Part shown: in pieces, positions 46,063-55,917 of the stretch
How the letters are laid out: each line of letters starts with the position of its first letter
Position numbering within the stretch: the first letter of the stretch is position 1
From: Verrucomicrobiota bacterium
GTDB lineage: Bacteria > Verrucomicrobiota > Verrucomicrobiia > Limisphaerales > UBA8199
Direction of reading: 5' to 3'
Length of the DNA: 64,000 nucleotides
Assembly: GCA_003176045.1 (NCBI GenBank)
Contig: PSRM01000234.1
Coordinates: forward strand, 223-64,222
The notes under the pieces: model-generated
Databases searched by the model: none
Seen by the model: the letters and a program-made list of their open reading frames with translations, nothing else
Told to the model about the DNA's origin: nothing
Position numbers and translations under genes: made by a program

Positions 46063-47219
46063 ATCCGAAGGAAATAAAGCAGCACCGCAATGACCGCATC
46101 GGCCACAATGACCAGCAGGATACTGGCGACGACCGCGCGGGTGGTGGATTCGCCCACCGCACTGGGCCCTTGTTTGGTCTGCAACCCGCGCAGGCAACCG
46201 ATGCCGGCAATCAGCGCGCCGAAAACCACGCCTTTACTCACCCCAATCAAAAGGTCCGCGCAATGAACGCTTTGGGCCATTTGGTTGTAAATCGTAATGA
46301 GCGGGAATCCCATCGCGACCATCACCAGCACTCCACCCATGATGGAAACGCAGATCGAGTAAATAGTAAGCAGAGGCGCCAGGAGGACCCCTGCCACGAG
46401 CCGCTGAACTACGAGGAATCGCACGGGGTCCAGACCCATGGTCGTGAGCGCGTTGAGTTCCTCATTGACCTTCATCGTGCCTAATTCCGCCGCGAAAGCC
46501 GAACTCGATCGCCCCGCCAGGATAATGGCCGTCATCAGGGCGCTCATCTCCCGCGCCATGATGATCCCGAGCATGTTCGCGATGAAGATTTGCGCGCCAA
46601 ACATCGCGAACGGCGCCGCTGCCTCAAACGCGATGATCAGCCCCACCAGCAGGCTGATCAGCGAGATGATGGGTAGAGCGTCCACGCCCGCTCGCTCGAA
46701 TACGCGTCCGATTTCTCCCCATCGCATGGCCTTCGCCCGCGTCATGTTCCGGCCCAGGCCGGCGGTTACCTCGCCGATGAACGAGAGCTCAGCTTTTGTA
46801 CCTTGGGCCAATGCCACCGCAGAGCGGCCGACGTGTTCGAGGACCGGGGCTCGCCGCGAGACCGCAGGCCGATGCTTCCGGTAGTCCTCCGCAGACAGCC
46901 TCTCAATTAGCTTAAGGAATTCCGGGCGCAACCCGTGAAACGTCGGCTTGGCCTCCGCTGCAAGCACGCCGCCCAGGCTGAGAAACTGAAGCAGAGATGC
47001 GCCTGCGCCATCGCAATACTCAACACCCGAAGCCTCCACCTCCAGAGCCGAAACCTTTCCGTGCCGAAGTTGGGTGTGAAGATCCTTCCATAAAACCGCA
47101 GTCGAGTCGGCATCCAGCCGCCCATTCAAAGTCAGCGTCCAGGACCCCGAACTGTTCTGCCGCAGTTCACAAGAGGCGTTCGTCGCATGCATGGCAGGTG
47201 GCCACTTGGTGGAGATCAC
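46059..47219 (-). CDS. mlaE: MlaE-family ABC permease fused to an N-terminal STAS (MlaB-like) domain
   Basis: N-terminal WTLTLNGRLDADSTAVLWKDL...EASGVEYCDGAGASLL (STAS-like) followed by the polytopic MlaE core. Confidence 0.8.
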   Translation of the reverse strand: MISTKWPPAMHATNASCELRQNSSGSWTLTLNGRLDADSTAVLWKDLHTQLRHGKVSALEVEASGVEYCDGAGASLLQFLSLGGVLAAEAKPTFHGLRPEFLKLIERLSAEDYRKHRPAVSRRAPVLEHVGRSAVALAQGTKAELSFIGEVTAGLGRNMTRAKAMRWGEIGRVFERAGVDALPIISLISLLVGLIIAFEAAAPFAMFGAQIFIANMLGIIMAREMSALMTAIILAGRSSSAFAAELGTMKVNEELNALTTMGLDPVRFLVVQRLVAGVLLAPLLTIYSICVSIMGGVLVMVAMGFPLITIYNQMAQSVHCADLLIGVSKGVVFGALIAGIGCLRGLQTKQGPSAVGESTTRAVVASILLVIVADAVIAVLLYFLRI

Positions 47220-47220
47220 A

Positions 47221-47346
47221 AACCACGTAGTTCGTAGTCAGTTGTCAATAGTCTGCTTATCCGTGTTTATCCGTGTTTATCCGTGGTCAAAACACTCAGC
47301 TTCCAAGCAACCCAGACCCTTCACGTTTCACGTTTCACGTTTCACG
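47221..47346. repeat. short-word tandem arrays (CGTAGT, TATCCGTGTT, TTCACG words)
   Basis: cttatccgtgtttatccgtgtttatccgtgg and ttcacgtttcacgtttcacgtttcacg. The ATCCGTGTTTA word also occurs at about 43243. Confidence 0.9.
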
Positions 47347-47349
47347 CGC

Positions 47350-47688
47350 CTATCCTTGCGGCTCCAGGTGTTTCCGCAGGTCTTCAATCAAATCTATCCC
47401 CCGGGTTTTTGAAACATAGTTGAAGAAAATTTCCGGTGGCGAGCGGGAAAACTCCACCGCATTGAGAATGCGGCGATATAATTCCGATTTCACATGCCGC
47501 TCAAAGTCAGCCTCCGAGTCCCAGCGCTCCAAAAACAACACCGCGTTATCCACACCATCCTCTTCGTAGATACGGCAACTTTTACAGTGCGGGTAGGACT
47601 GAATAGGTCCTTGCACCGAGCGCAGAATGGACAGCAAATGACGACGCTCGTCCCGCGATGGAAAGAGGCGGAATGTCGAGATAACCAC
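47350..47688 (-). CDS. antibiotic-biosynthesis-monooxygenase (ABM) domain protein
   Basis: 112 aa; LFLERWDSEADFERHVKSELYRRIL is typical of ABM/quinol monooxygenase-like proteins. Confidence 0.65.
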   Translation of the reverse strand: MVISTFRLFPSRDERRHLLSILRSVQGPIQSYPHCKSCRIYEEDGVDNAVLFLERWDSEADFERHVKSELYRRILNAVEFSRSPPEIFFNYVSKTRGIDLIEDLRKHLEPQG

Positions 47689-47864
47689 ATCTAGATTGTT
47701 GCGAGAATTGTGCCAGTTTGCTTTTCAACCGCGCGCAAACCTGAGATGCCCCATTGCACCGTTTCAAACCGCTAAACAGCCGCTTTTTAGCCCATTACTA
47801 GCGCAGACTATCAGGTTGAGATGCCGTCCTTGGGTCGGGATGCCGTCTCTGACTGCGATACACC

Positions 47865-48968
47865 TCACGCTCTCGCCTGATCGCGCTCACGCCGCGTCGG
47901 CACTCCTAGCTTTTGCATGCGGGAATACAGCGTTGAAGGCTTCATGCCGAGTCGTTCCGCGGCGCCTCTCGGGCCTTTGATGCGCCAGCGGGTGACTTCG
48001 AGAGTGCGCAGGATGTGTTCGCGCTCAGTTTCTTCGAGGGTTCGGATCTCTGCACCGGTTTCGGCCGCGATTTCGAGGCGAGGGATTCGCAAGGTTTCGC
48101 CGTGGCTAATGATGACGCTGTGCTCGATGATGTTCCTGAGTTCGCGGATGTTGCCGGGCCAAAAGTGTCGCTGCAACGCCTCCATGGTGTTTTGCGGCAC
48201 GACGGTGATCTTCTTGCCCATACGCGAGCAGAACTCGGCAATGAAAGCCCAAACCAGCCCGGGCACATCCTCGGGCCGGCCCCGTAAAGGCGGGACCTTG
48301 ATCGGAAAGACGTTCAGGCGATAGAATAGATCTTCACGAAAACGGCCTTTGCGCATCTCCGCCGACAAGTCGCGGTTGGTGGCGGCGATGAGGCGCACAT
48401 CAACTTTGATGGGCCTGGGATTTCCGAGCCGTTCGAATTGTCCTTCCTGGAGGACGCGCAGAAGTTTGGCCTGCATTTCTGGCGAAAGTTCACCCACTTC
48501 ATCCAGGAATAAAGTGGACCCGTCGGCGGTTTCAAACCGGCCAACCTGGCGGGTCAGCGCGCCGGTATAAGCACCCCTCTCGCGGCCAAAGAGTTCGCTC
48601 TCGATCAGTCCGGAGGGAAGCGCGGCGCAACTGACTTTGACCATGGGCCGAAGTCTGCGCGGGCTGAGCGCGTGAATGGCTTCGGCGATCAGCTCCTTGC
48701 CAGTCCCGGTTTCGCCTTGTATCAGGACGGAGGAGGGAGTTGGCGCAACCTGGTTTATAAGCACCACAATTTCCTGCATCGCTTTGCTTTCGCCTACGAC
48801 CATCCCGCAGGGAACGCCCGCTACAGGTACATCTGTTAGTTGTTCGTTTTCCATGGTCGCCTGAGTGTTCAAGGGTTCGCGTTCGTTGTATTCAAGGGGC
48901 TGACCGGGGTTTACAAATTCGGGAGATCGCTCGCCGAGGTCCGTGTAGGAATGTAATGTCTCACTCAT
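47865..48968 (-). CDS. sigma-54-dependent transcriptional activator (AAA+ plus Fis-type HTH, no receiver domain)
   Basis: GETGTGKE, ESELFGRERGAYTGA, DVRLIAATNRDL and a C-terminal AAERLGMKPSTLYSRMQKLGV. Confidence 0.85.
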   Translation of the reverse strand: MSETLHSYTDLGERSPEFVNPGQPLEYNEREPLNTQATMENEQLTDVPVAGVPCGMVVGESKAMQEIVVLINQVAPTPSSVLIQGETGTGKELIAEAIHALSPRRLRPMVKVSCAALPSGLIESELFGRERGAYTGALTRQVGRFETADGSTLFLDEVGELSPEMQAKLLRVLQEGQFERLGNPRPIKVDVRLIAATNRDLSAEMRKGRFREDLFYRLNVFPIKVPPLRGRPEDVPGLVWAFIAEFCSRMGKKITVVPQNTMEALQRHFWPGNIRELRNIIEHSVIISHGETLRIPRLEIAAETGAEIRTLEETEREHILRTLEVTRWRIKGPRGAAERLGMKPSTLYSRMQKLGVPTRRERDQARA

Positions 48969-48977
48969 GTGTTTGAA

Positions 48978-49556
48978 TTAAAAAGTGGCTTGCTGCGCGC
49001 AAATAATTCCGCAGACCAGGGCCGACAGCCCGGATGCCCTGGGCGCCAGGCGGTATTCCGGAATCCTGCGCAGCGCTTTAAAATCGGCCGGCGCCGCAGC
49101 CAGCGACTGGTACAGAAGCCCGACCAGCACCGTTAATCTTTCGAACGACGCGGCTTTTGCTACAAAATGATCGGCGCCTGCTTTGTAGCACGCAGTGATA
49201 TGACCTTCCGCATCCGAGTCACTGTAGATAATGACCGGCGTCTGAACGAACTCCGGCCTGCCGCGGATCCAGCGAAGCAGCTCAAGGCTGTTTTCGATCC
49301 CAATGAAGAAGTCGAGCAAAACCGCAGCCGGCATCGGGAAGAGGCCCCGATTACAAAGTTGGCCGGCCCCTTCCAGATAGGTGCGAGCGGCAGGCAGTGT
49401 ATTGAGGAATTGGAAAGTCATATCCAGCCGGCATGAACGGGTCGCCTCCTCTACGAAGAACTGATCGTGGGGATTGTCATCAATATACACGATCGAAATC
49501 TCGGACCCCCGATGGGGGGCTGAGCCGCTCACTTCGTTTCCAGACTGTTTCGGCAT
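48978..49556 (-). CDS. stand-alone response-regulator receiver-domain protein
   Basis: ISIVYIDDNPHD...AVLLDFFIG...PVIIYSDS...KAGADHFVAK receiver pattern. Confidence 0.65.
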   Translation of the reverse strand: MPKQSGNEVSGSAPHRGSEISIVYIDDNPHDQFFVEEATRSCRLDMTFQFLNTLPAARTYLEGAGQLCNRGLFPMPAAVLLDFFIGIENSLELLRWIRGRPEFVQTPVIIYSDSDAEGHITACYKAGADHFVAKAASFERLTVLVGLLYQSLAAAPADFKALRRIPEYRLAPRASGLSALVCGIICAQQATF

Positions 49557-49590
49557 TACGCAGTCCTCTTAAGGTAGTCCAGGCACCCTT

Positions 49591-50814
49591 TCATGCCGCA
49601 GCCGCCAACTCTCTCGCCGGACGCCGCCGCCGGCGCAAGCCGAGCACCAGCAGGGTATGGCGGGCGATCATCAGTTCTTCGTTTGTGGGCAGCACCCAGG
49701 CCGCGACGCGGCTCCTGGACTTGGTGATGCGTGGCCCACCCCGGGCGTTTGCTGCGGGATCTATATCCACACCGAGCCACTCCGCATTGCGGCACACCGC
49801 CTCCCGAATCTTCACCGCATTTTCACCCACTCCGGCCGTGAAGATCATGGCATCCAGGCCGCCCAGCGCGGCGGCGAGCGAGCCCAACTCACGCCCAATC
49901 CGATAAACAAAAAGGTCCAAGGCTAGCTTGGCCCGCGGATCCTTGCTCTCGAGCAATATCCGCACGTCGCTGGAAATGCCCGAGACACCCAGGAGGCCGG
50001 ATTGGCTATACAGAAGTTTTTCCAGTGACCGCAACTCCATCTTACGCTGATCCAGCAGGAACAGGATCACGCCCGGATCCAGCGCTCCACAGCGAGTGCC
50101 CATCGCCAGGCCGTCCAGGGCCGAGAAGCCCATCGTGGTCGCGATGCTCTGGCCGCCGGCTAAAGCGCACATGCTCGAGCCGCTGCCCAAGTGCAGAACC
50201 ACCGTTTTGCCTTTCGCGGCCTGGGGGGCTTTCTCAGGCAGCACCGATGCGATGTATTCATACGATAGGCCGTGGAATCCATAGCGCCGCACGCCCGCAT
50301 CGGTCAGTTCTTTGGGAATCGCAAAAAGCTGCGCCAATTGAGGGTTCGTGTGATGAAAGCCCGTGTCGAAGCAGCCCACCTGCGGCACGTCCGGCATTTT
50401 TTCCAGCACCAGGCGGATCGCGGCTAAATTGTTAGGCTGGTGCAGCGGCGCAAGAGGTACCAACTTTTCCAGGTCCGCGACCACCTCGGCATCTATGCGC
50501 ACCGGCTCAAAAAAACGGAGGCCGCCATGGACGATACGGTGACCCATGCCGGCCAGCCGGAGGTCTCCGCGGTTCTCGCGAAGAAACACGCGCAAGTATT
50601 CGATGGCCCCCTCATGCCCAAGCTTCACGCCGTCGCCCCACGACTTTTCACCCATTACGCTGCCGGCCGCGTCTTTGGCAATAAAATGAGGCGAAGTAAA
50701 AAGCCCTTCGACCTGGCCACGAAAGGCCTGCGTGAGCTCGCCATTTTTGGCCGCGAAAACCGAGAACTTTATGCTCGATGAGCCGGCGTTGATGACCAGA
50801 ATCGCGTCTGTCAT
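49591..50814 (-). CDS. ackA: acetate kinase
   Basis: ILVINAGSSSIKFSVF N-terminus, 407 aa. Confidence 0.9.
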   Translation of the reverse strand: MTDAILVINAGSSSIKFSVFAAKNGELTQAFRGQVEGLFTSPHFIAKDAAGSVMGEKSWGDGVKLGHEGAIEYLRVFLRENRGDLRLAGMGHRIVHGGLRFFEPVRIDAEVVADLEKLVPLAPLHQPNNLAAIRLVLEKMPDVPQVGCFDTGFHHTNPQLAQLFAIPKELTDAGVRRYGFHGLSYEYIASVLPEKAPQAAKGKTVVLHLGSGSSMCALAGGQSIATTMGFSALDGLAMGTRCGALDPGVILFLLDQRKMELRSLEKLLYSQSGLLGVSGISSDVRILLESKDPRAKLALDLFVYRIGRELGSLAAALGGLDAMIFTAGVGENAVKIREAVCRNAEWLGVDIDPAANARGGPRITKSRSRVAAWVLPTNEELMIARHTLLVLGLRRRRRPARELAAAA

Positions 50815-50817
50815 AAC

Positions 50818-51864
50818 CTACGATTTTTCTGCTGCTTCCCTGATTCGCTTCGCGTACGCCACCAGTTTCATCACGGCGATCGAGGCCAGGCGTGTCCGGA
50901 CATTATCCGCGCGACTGGTCAGAACGATCGGCACACGCGCGCCCAGCACAATCCCTGCGGCATCCGCGCCGGCCAGATACTGCAACTGTTTGGCCAGCAT
51001 ATTGCCCGCCTCCAGGTCGGGCACGAGCAGGATGTCAGCCTTGCCGGCCACAGGCGAATTGATCTTCTTGGTCTTAGCCGCCTGCTCGCTGATTGCATTG
51101 TCGAAGGCCAACGGGCCGTCAAGAATGGCGCCGGTAATCTGGCCGCGGTCGGCCATCTTGCAGAGGGCCGCGGCATCGATGGTCGAAGGGATCTTCTCAT
51201 TGATGGTTTCAACCGCGGAGAGGATAGCCAACTTTGGTTCTTTCACCCCGATCACGTGCGCCAGATCAATCACGTTCTGCGCGATGTGCTTCTTGTCTTC
51301 GAGAGTGGGGGCGATATTGATGGCGGCATCTGTGATGGCCAGGGCGTTTGGATGCGTAGGGACATCCATCAGAAACACATGGCTGATGCGCCGACTGGTC
51401 CGCAGGCCCGTGGCCGAAGAGACAACAGCCGACAACAAAGCGTCCGTGTGCAGGCTGCCCTTCATGAGTGCCTCGGCTTCGCCGGCCCGAACAATGGCCA
51501 CAGCTTTTTGGGCCGAGTCATGGCTGTGCTCTGCCGGAACGATTTGGAAAGGCGACAAATCCACCTTTTCCGCATCGGCCACCGCCTGGATTTTATCCAC
51601 CGGACCTACCAGGATCGGATCAATGAGCTTGAGTTTGGCGGCTTCGATCGGACCCAGCAGCGAATCGCGATCGCAAGGATAGGCCACCGCGCAGCGCACC
51701 GGCGGTATCCCTTCGCATCTCTTCAGGAGTCTGGCGTATTTATCTTTACGCCGAAGAACGATCTGCGGCGTGGCGACCTCGGTGTAACGCACTCGCTGTT
51801 CCGGATGAATCGATTTGAAGGTGACCTCAGCGGCCCGATGAAGATGACTTCCCGGATTACTCAT
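50818..51864 (-). CDS. pta: phosphate acetyl/butyryl transferase
   Basis: Start set at MSNPGSH (ATG 51864). PTA_PTB-type sequence (DPILVGP...AEALMKGSLHTD...GADAAGIVLGARVPIVLTSRAD). Confidence 0.8.
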   Translation of the reverse strand: MSNPGSHLHRAAEVTFKSIHPEQRVRYTEVATPQIVLRRKDKYARLLKRCEGIPPVRCAVAYPCDRDSLLGPIEAAKLKLIDPILVGPVDKIQAVADAEKVDLSPFQIVPAEHSHDSAQKAVAIVRAGEAEALMKGSLHTDALLSAVVSSATGLRTSRRISHVFLMDVPTHPNALAITDAAINIAPTLEDKKHIAQNVIDLAHVIGVKEPKLAILSAVETINEKIPSTIDAAALCKMADRGQITGAILDGPLAFDNAISEQAAKTKKINSPVAGKADILLVPDLEAGNMLAKQLQYLAGADAAGIVLGARVPIVLTSRADNVRTRLASIAVMKLVAYAKRIREAAEKS

Positions 51865-52149
51865 AAAACGGGTTCTGGTTTGCTTAGGCTGTTTCCTTAC
51901 AGCCGCAATATTCCCTTTGCCTGAATCGTGCCAACTCCCCAAAGCGACAGTGCACGTGCCAAAACCATCGGGCGAGCGCAGCTTTCTTCTGTCCACCCTT
52001 CCTATTGCCTTAGAACAACTTACGGGAAAAGAGTCGGTATATCGTCCCCGGGATTGCCTTTCGTCCTTCTTCGACCTTAACATCAGTCTTCATTAGGGTT
52101 ACGTCCTTGATTTTCATTCGATTTCTGATCTGCGTGCCCAGGCTTTTCC

Positions 52150-53466
52150 TTGCTAACAAGGAATGCTTCCGGCTATTCTTTCCTTATGGACAAGGAAAGA
52201 CTTAAATATGTCTTGAAGGAGGGCGAGGAATTGCCCCTGCCTTCCATGCATCCGCGAGCGTTGAAGCTGCCGCTGAATTCGGGCAAGGTACTGGTGCTGG
52301 TGGGTATTCGGCGCAGCGGCAAGACCTTTATGTTGCTGGACGTGATGCGCCAACTGCTGGCCCAGGGAGTGGAGCGGGGCCAGATCATCCAATTGAGCTT
52401 TGAAGACGACCGATTGCAGCCGTTAAGAGCGGGCCAGTTGGACTTGATCTTGCATGCGCAGGCGGAGTTGCACCCGGACCTGGTTGGCAAGCCGCGCTAT
52501 TTCCTGTTTGATGAGGTGCAGAACGCTCCCGGCTGGGAGCGCTTCGTTAGACGGCTGCAGGATACGCGGGCAGGGGCGGTGTTTCTGACCGGGTCATCCT
52601 CGAGACTGCTGAGCCGTGAAATCGCCACCGGCTTGCGGGGGCGGTGCCTTAGCTACGAGATATTTCCGCTCTCCTTTCCAGAATACCTGGCCTTCCGCGG
52701 ATTGCGCCATGAGCCGTATTCTACGAGCTCGGACGCGGTGATGGCAGCAGCGCTCGATGACTACTTGCAGACCGGCGGGATGCCCGAGGTGGTGCTGGCG
52801 GAGGAGGCCTTGCGGCCAAGGATGCTGCGCGAATACACCGATCTGGTGTTCTACCGTGACCTGTTGGAACGTCACCGGCTTTCCAATCCAGAAGTTCTGC
52901 GGGAGCTGATGCGTTATTGTTTGGCCGCGCCCGCCTGCCTGTTCAATCCCCACCGGCTCTATCTTGATCTTCGTTCACGCGGCCTGGCCGTGGGCAAGGA
53001 CACTCTTTACCGCTATCTCGGGCACATGGAAGAAGCGTATCTGATTTTCTTGCTGCCAGTGGCGGAGCGCTCGGCCCGGAAGCGCGCCATGGCTCCCAAG
53101 AAGCTGCACGTGGTGGACTGGTCGCTGGGCTATTCGTACCAGCCTGGACCGATGATAGACCGGGGGCGGCGCCTTGAGAACGCCGTTTTCCTTCATCATC
53201 GGCGCCAGCGCGAGGACCTGGGGTACGTCGCTGGTCCCGCCGAGATTGACCTGGTTGTAGGCCTCGACGGAGCCGAGGCGTGGATCAACACGGCCTGGTC
53301 GCTTTCGGATGAAGATACCTGGCAACGTGAGCTGCGGGCGTTGCAGCGGCCCGGCGGCCCAACCACACGCGTATTGGTCGCGCGTGAGACCGCAGGCCGC
53401 GTCGCGCCACAAGGTACTCGAATCATTGAGGCTTGGCGGTATTTGGCGGGTGAGGAGAGAGCGTGA
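52150..53466 (+). CDS. AAA_14 / DUF4143 ATPase
   Basis: GIRRSGKT Walker A, FLFDEVQNAPGWERFVRRL and a C-terminal DUF4143-like region. An alternative start lies at 52186. Confidence 0.8.
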   Translation: MLTRNASGYSFLMDKERLKYVLKEGEELPLPSMHPRALKLPLNSGKVLVLVGIRRSGKTFMLLDVMRQLLAQGVERGQIIQLSFEDDRLQPLRAGQLDLILHAQAELHPDLVGKPRYFLFDEVQNAPGWERFVRRLQDTRAGAVFLTGSSSRLLSREIATGLRGRCLSYEIFPLSFPEYLAFRGLRHEPYSTSSDAVMAAALDDYLQTGGMPEVVLAEEALRPRMLREYTDLVFYRDLLERHRLSNPEVLRELMRYCLAAPACLFNPHRLYLDLRSRGLAVGKDTLYRYLGHMEEAYLIFLLPVAERSARKRAMAPKKLHVVDWSLGYSYQPGPMIDRGRRLENAVFLHHRRQREDLGYVAGPAEIDLVVGLDGAEAWINTAWSLSDEDTWQRELRALQRPGGPTTRVLVARETAGRVAPQGTRIIEAWRYLAGEERA

Positions 53467-53575
53467 AGAAACCCATCGCATTCTGTCTCAGAGCAGTGTT
53501 TTACCGAGGTGAAATCCAATTCCGAGGCGTGCTCAGGGCGTGCTGTCCGTGCGCGCGATGGTAGAATATCCTGCA

Positions 53576-55042
53576 CTACCTGGGCGCGGCAGTGGTGTGT
53601 TGCTTAAGCTTCTGGGCTAAAAACGTGTAGAGGAGCCCGGTCACAACGGCCCCGATCAGCAACACGGCTATGAGAACCAGGCAAAGGCGAAAACCGTGGT
53701 CCACGACCTTTTGCATATCCGCATCCGCCTGACGCGTGAGTCGCTGGATTTCCGGCGCGGTTTGGTTCACTGAGTTGACCAGCACATTGAGGTCATTGGC
53801 CATCCTGGCGATCTCATCGGCTGTTTTGGCGTAGTCGAGGATGTTAAAGGGGGGCGAGTTCGTTCCGGACGCCTGATTCACCGTTGGTTCGCCTACACCG
53901 AACCGCTTCATCAAGCTGTTGAAGTTGGTAACAGTTACGTTAACTGAGTCGGACATGCTTTTGCCGGAGGCCAGAGCGCCGTTCACCCCGGCGACCAGGT
54001 CTCGCAATTTGGTTCCTTGCAGGTCAAGTGTCGCAAGGATTTCCTTTCTCTCCGCCGAGAGCCGGTCGGGCAACTGGGCTACCGACTGGCTGATGTTCTC
54101 GGCTGCCCGGCTGACGCGCTCGGCGGAGTCGCTGAGCTGAGTAGAGTTGCTCAGCGCGAGTTGCACGCCCGGTTGTGCCACCAGGTCGTGAGCCAATAAT
54201 TCGGCTTGCAAGCGGAGCAGAAAAGGCATGCGCTGCATGGTGAACATGGCTCGCTCGGCAAAAAGCCGGGAGCGCGTGACTTCACGCACGGCAGGATCAA
54301 GCCCCGCCGTCGGATCCAGATTGACCAGGCCGAAGACGCTGCTGACTCCGGCTCCTTTCTCCTTCGTGGTCCGCACCATGGAGGCGAAGGCATGCGGCCT
54401 GGCAAAAAATGCGGTGCGTACTTCAGGGGTCCGCGCGTACCATTGCTCAATGCCCAACCGCAGTTCCTGAACCTGCGCAGGCTTGAGAAACCGCGCTGCC
54501 AGATCCCAAACGTTAGTTTCCAGTACGCGGCTGGCTTCGAGCCACGGTTCAAACGCCGCGCCGTTGGTGGTCTTCATCCAGTAGTTTTCAACGGACATGC
54601 GGGCGAGCACGGTGACTGAGACAATGTCGAGCAAATTAACATTGGGGTTTGGACCGCTGACGACGCTGAGCATGGAAGAACCGCATACGAGCTTGAGGCG
54701 CATCACCTGAACCCGGCCGGAGTCCGTGCCCAAACGCTCGGCCGAGGCATCGAGGGCCTGGCCTGCCTGCGCCAGGAAATCGTCCGCAAAGCGCTGGAGT
54801 TGCATTTGCTGGTCCACTGGATCCAGTTTTGATGAGTGGCCTTCCGGGACCACCGAGGCAACCATCGTCGAGGGGGCCCGAAGCAGGCCACAGCCAGGGG
54901 TAAAACCAAGCATGCTCACGATGAGGACCAATGCGAGCGAACGGCCGACCGGCACATTCTGCGTGGAATATCTTCCCGAAATGCGAGCGAGGCCGGTCCC
55001 GGCCATGGGTGTCCGCCTGAACAGTTCTCGGGCGGCGTTCAT
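53576..55042 (-). CDS. hypothetical lipoprotein-like protein with a C-terminal TM anchor
   Basis: 488 aa; LGFTPGC lipobox-like site, helical repeats and a terminal TM (LCLVLIAVLLIGAVVTGLLY). Confidence 0.55.
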   Translation of the reverse strand: MNAARELFRRTPMAGTGLARISGRYSTQNVPVGRSLALVLIVSMLGFTPGCGLLRAPSTMVASVVPEGHSSKLDPVDQQMQLQRFADDFLAQAGQALDASAERLGTDSGRVQVMRLKLVCGSSMLSVVSGPNPNVNLLDIVSVTVLARMSVENYWMKTTNGAAFEPWLEASRVLETNVWDLAARFLKPAQVQELRLGIEQWYARTPEVRTAFFARPHAFASMVRTTKEKGAGVSSVFGLVNLDPTAGLDPAVREVTRSRLFAERAMFTMQRMPFLLRLQAELLAHDLVAQPGVQLALSNSTQLSDSAERVSRAAENISQSVAQLPDRLSAERKEILATLDLQGTKLRDLVAGVNGALASGKSMSDSVNVTVTNFNSLMKRFGVGEPTVNQASGTNSPPFNILDYAKTADEIARMANDLNVLVNSVNQTAPEIQRLTRQADADMQKVVDHGFRLCLVLIAVLLIGAVVTGLLYTFLAQKLKQHTTAAPR

Positions 55043-55119
55043 AGAGGAGCCGATTGCTTCAGAAAACTCTTCACTGCCTGGTCCGCGTTGAATTTCCTTT
55101 GTTCATTTTGTTCACCAGG

Positions 55120-55917
55120 TCACAGACTCGGCGCCGGGCCTGGCGCACGCTCTTCCCGGTTTAATCCAATCTTCACATTCAGCCGGAAGATATTCTCGCT
55201 AAATTCGAGCGGCCCGCCGTTGGAGCGCTCAAAGTGGGCGTAGTAACTGAATTCCAGGTGGATATGGTGGTTGAGGACGTAACCTATTCCACCGGAGACA
55301 TTCAGCGGGTTGATTGCATGTTCATCGAACGTGTAGAAGGGTTCGACATCTACCAGGGCGTACACGGTCCGGGTTTGCCAGGCCCGATCGCGCGAAGTGA
55401 GTGGTATCTCGGCGCCAAAGCGGCTGCGAATTCGGTTGTGGTATTGCCAATTGTGGGTGTCGAGGTCTTCGATGGCCCGATACTCGTAGCGGGTGAAATT
55501 GTAAAAATTGATTTTCAAATCATTTGGGACAAACAGTTTCAGCCCCAGGTACGGGCGCAGCTCGAGCTGGTCAGTTTTGTTCTGGTTGTCGGTGTATCGG
55601 TTAATGAGTCCTTCCCAGATTTGAAGCCATGGGCTGGCCGTGTAGTATAACCCTGGCGAAAGGAAATTGAAGTTATGGCTTTCCTGGCTCGGGTCGAAGG
55701 TGTAGCTGAGACGAGCATAAACTGTGAACTTATCCGAGAGATCATACCAGGGAAGTGAGGTAAGGCGGTACGCGTCGTTCGCGCCCTGCGCGTGGCCTGA
55801 ACCCAGGAGCAAGGCGAGCAACAGCGCCGCGAGCCTGTTACCGGAGCCCCATTTGATCCGCGCGAGCAGACCTATTCGATGTGTCCAGTAGCTCTGGGAC
55901 TTTACTGTTGGGGGCAA
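55120..55917 (-). CDS. DUF2490-like outer-membrane beta-barrel protein
   Basis: Signal peptide, alternating aromatic beta-strand pattern and a terminal aromatic-rich strand. Confidence 0.5.
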   Translation of the reverse strand: MPPTVKSQSYWTHRIGLLARIKWGSGNRLAALLLALLLGSGHAQGANDAYRLTSLPWYDLSDKFTVYARLSYTFDPSQESHNFNFLSPGLYYTASPWLQIWEGLINRYTDNQNKTDQLELRPYLGLKLFVPNDLKINFYNFTRYEYRAIEDLDTHNWQYHNRIRSRFGAEIPLTSRDRAWQTRTVYALVDVEPFYTFDEHAINPLNVSGGIGYVLNHHIHLEFSYYAHFERSNGGPLEFSENIFRLNVKIGLNREERAPGPAPSL

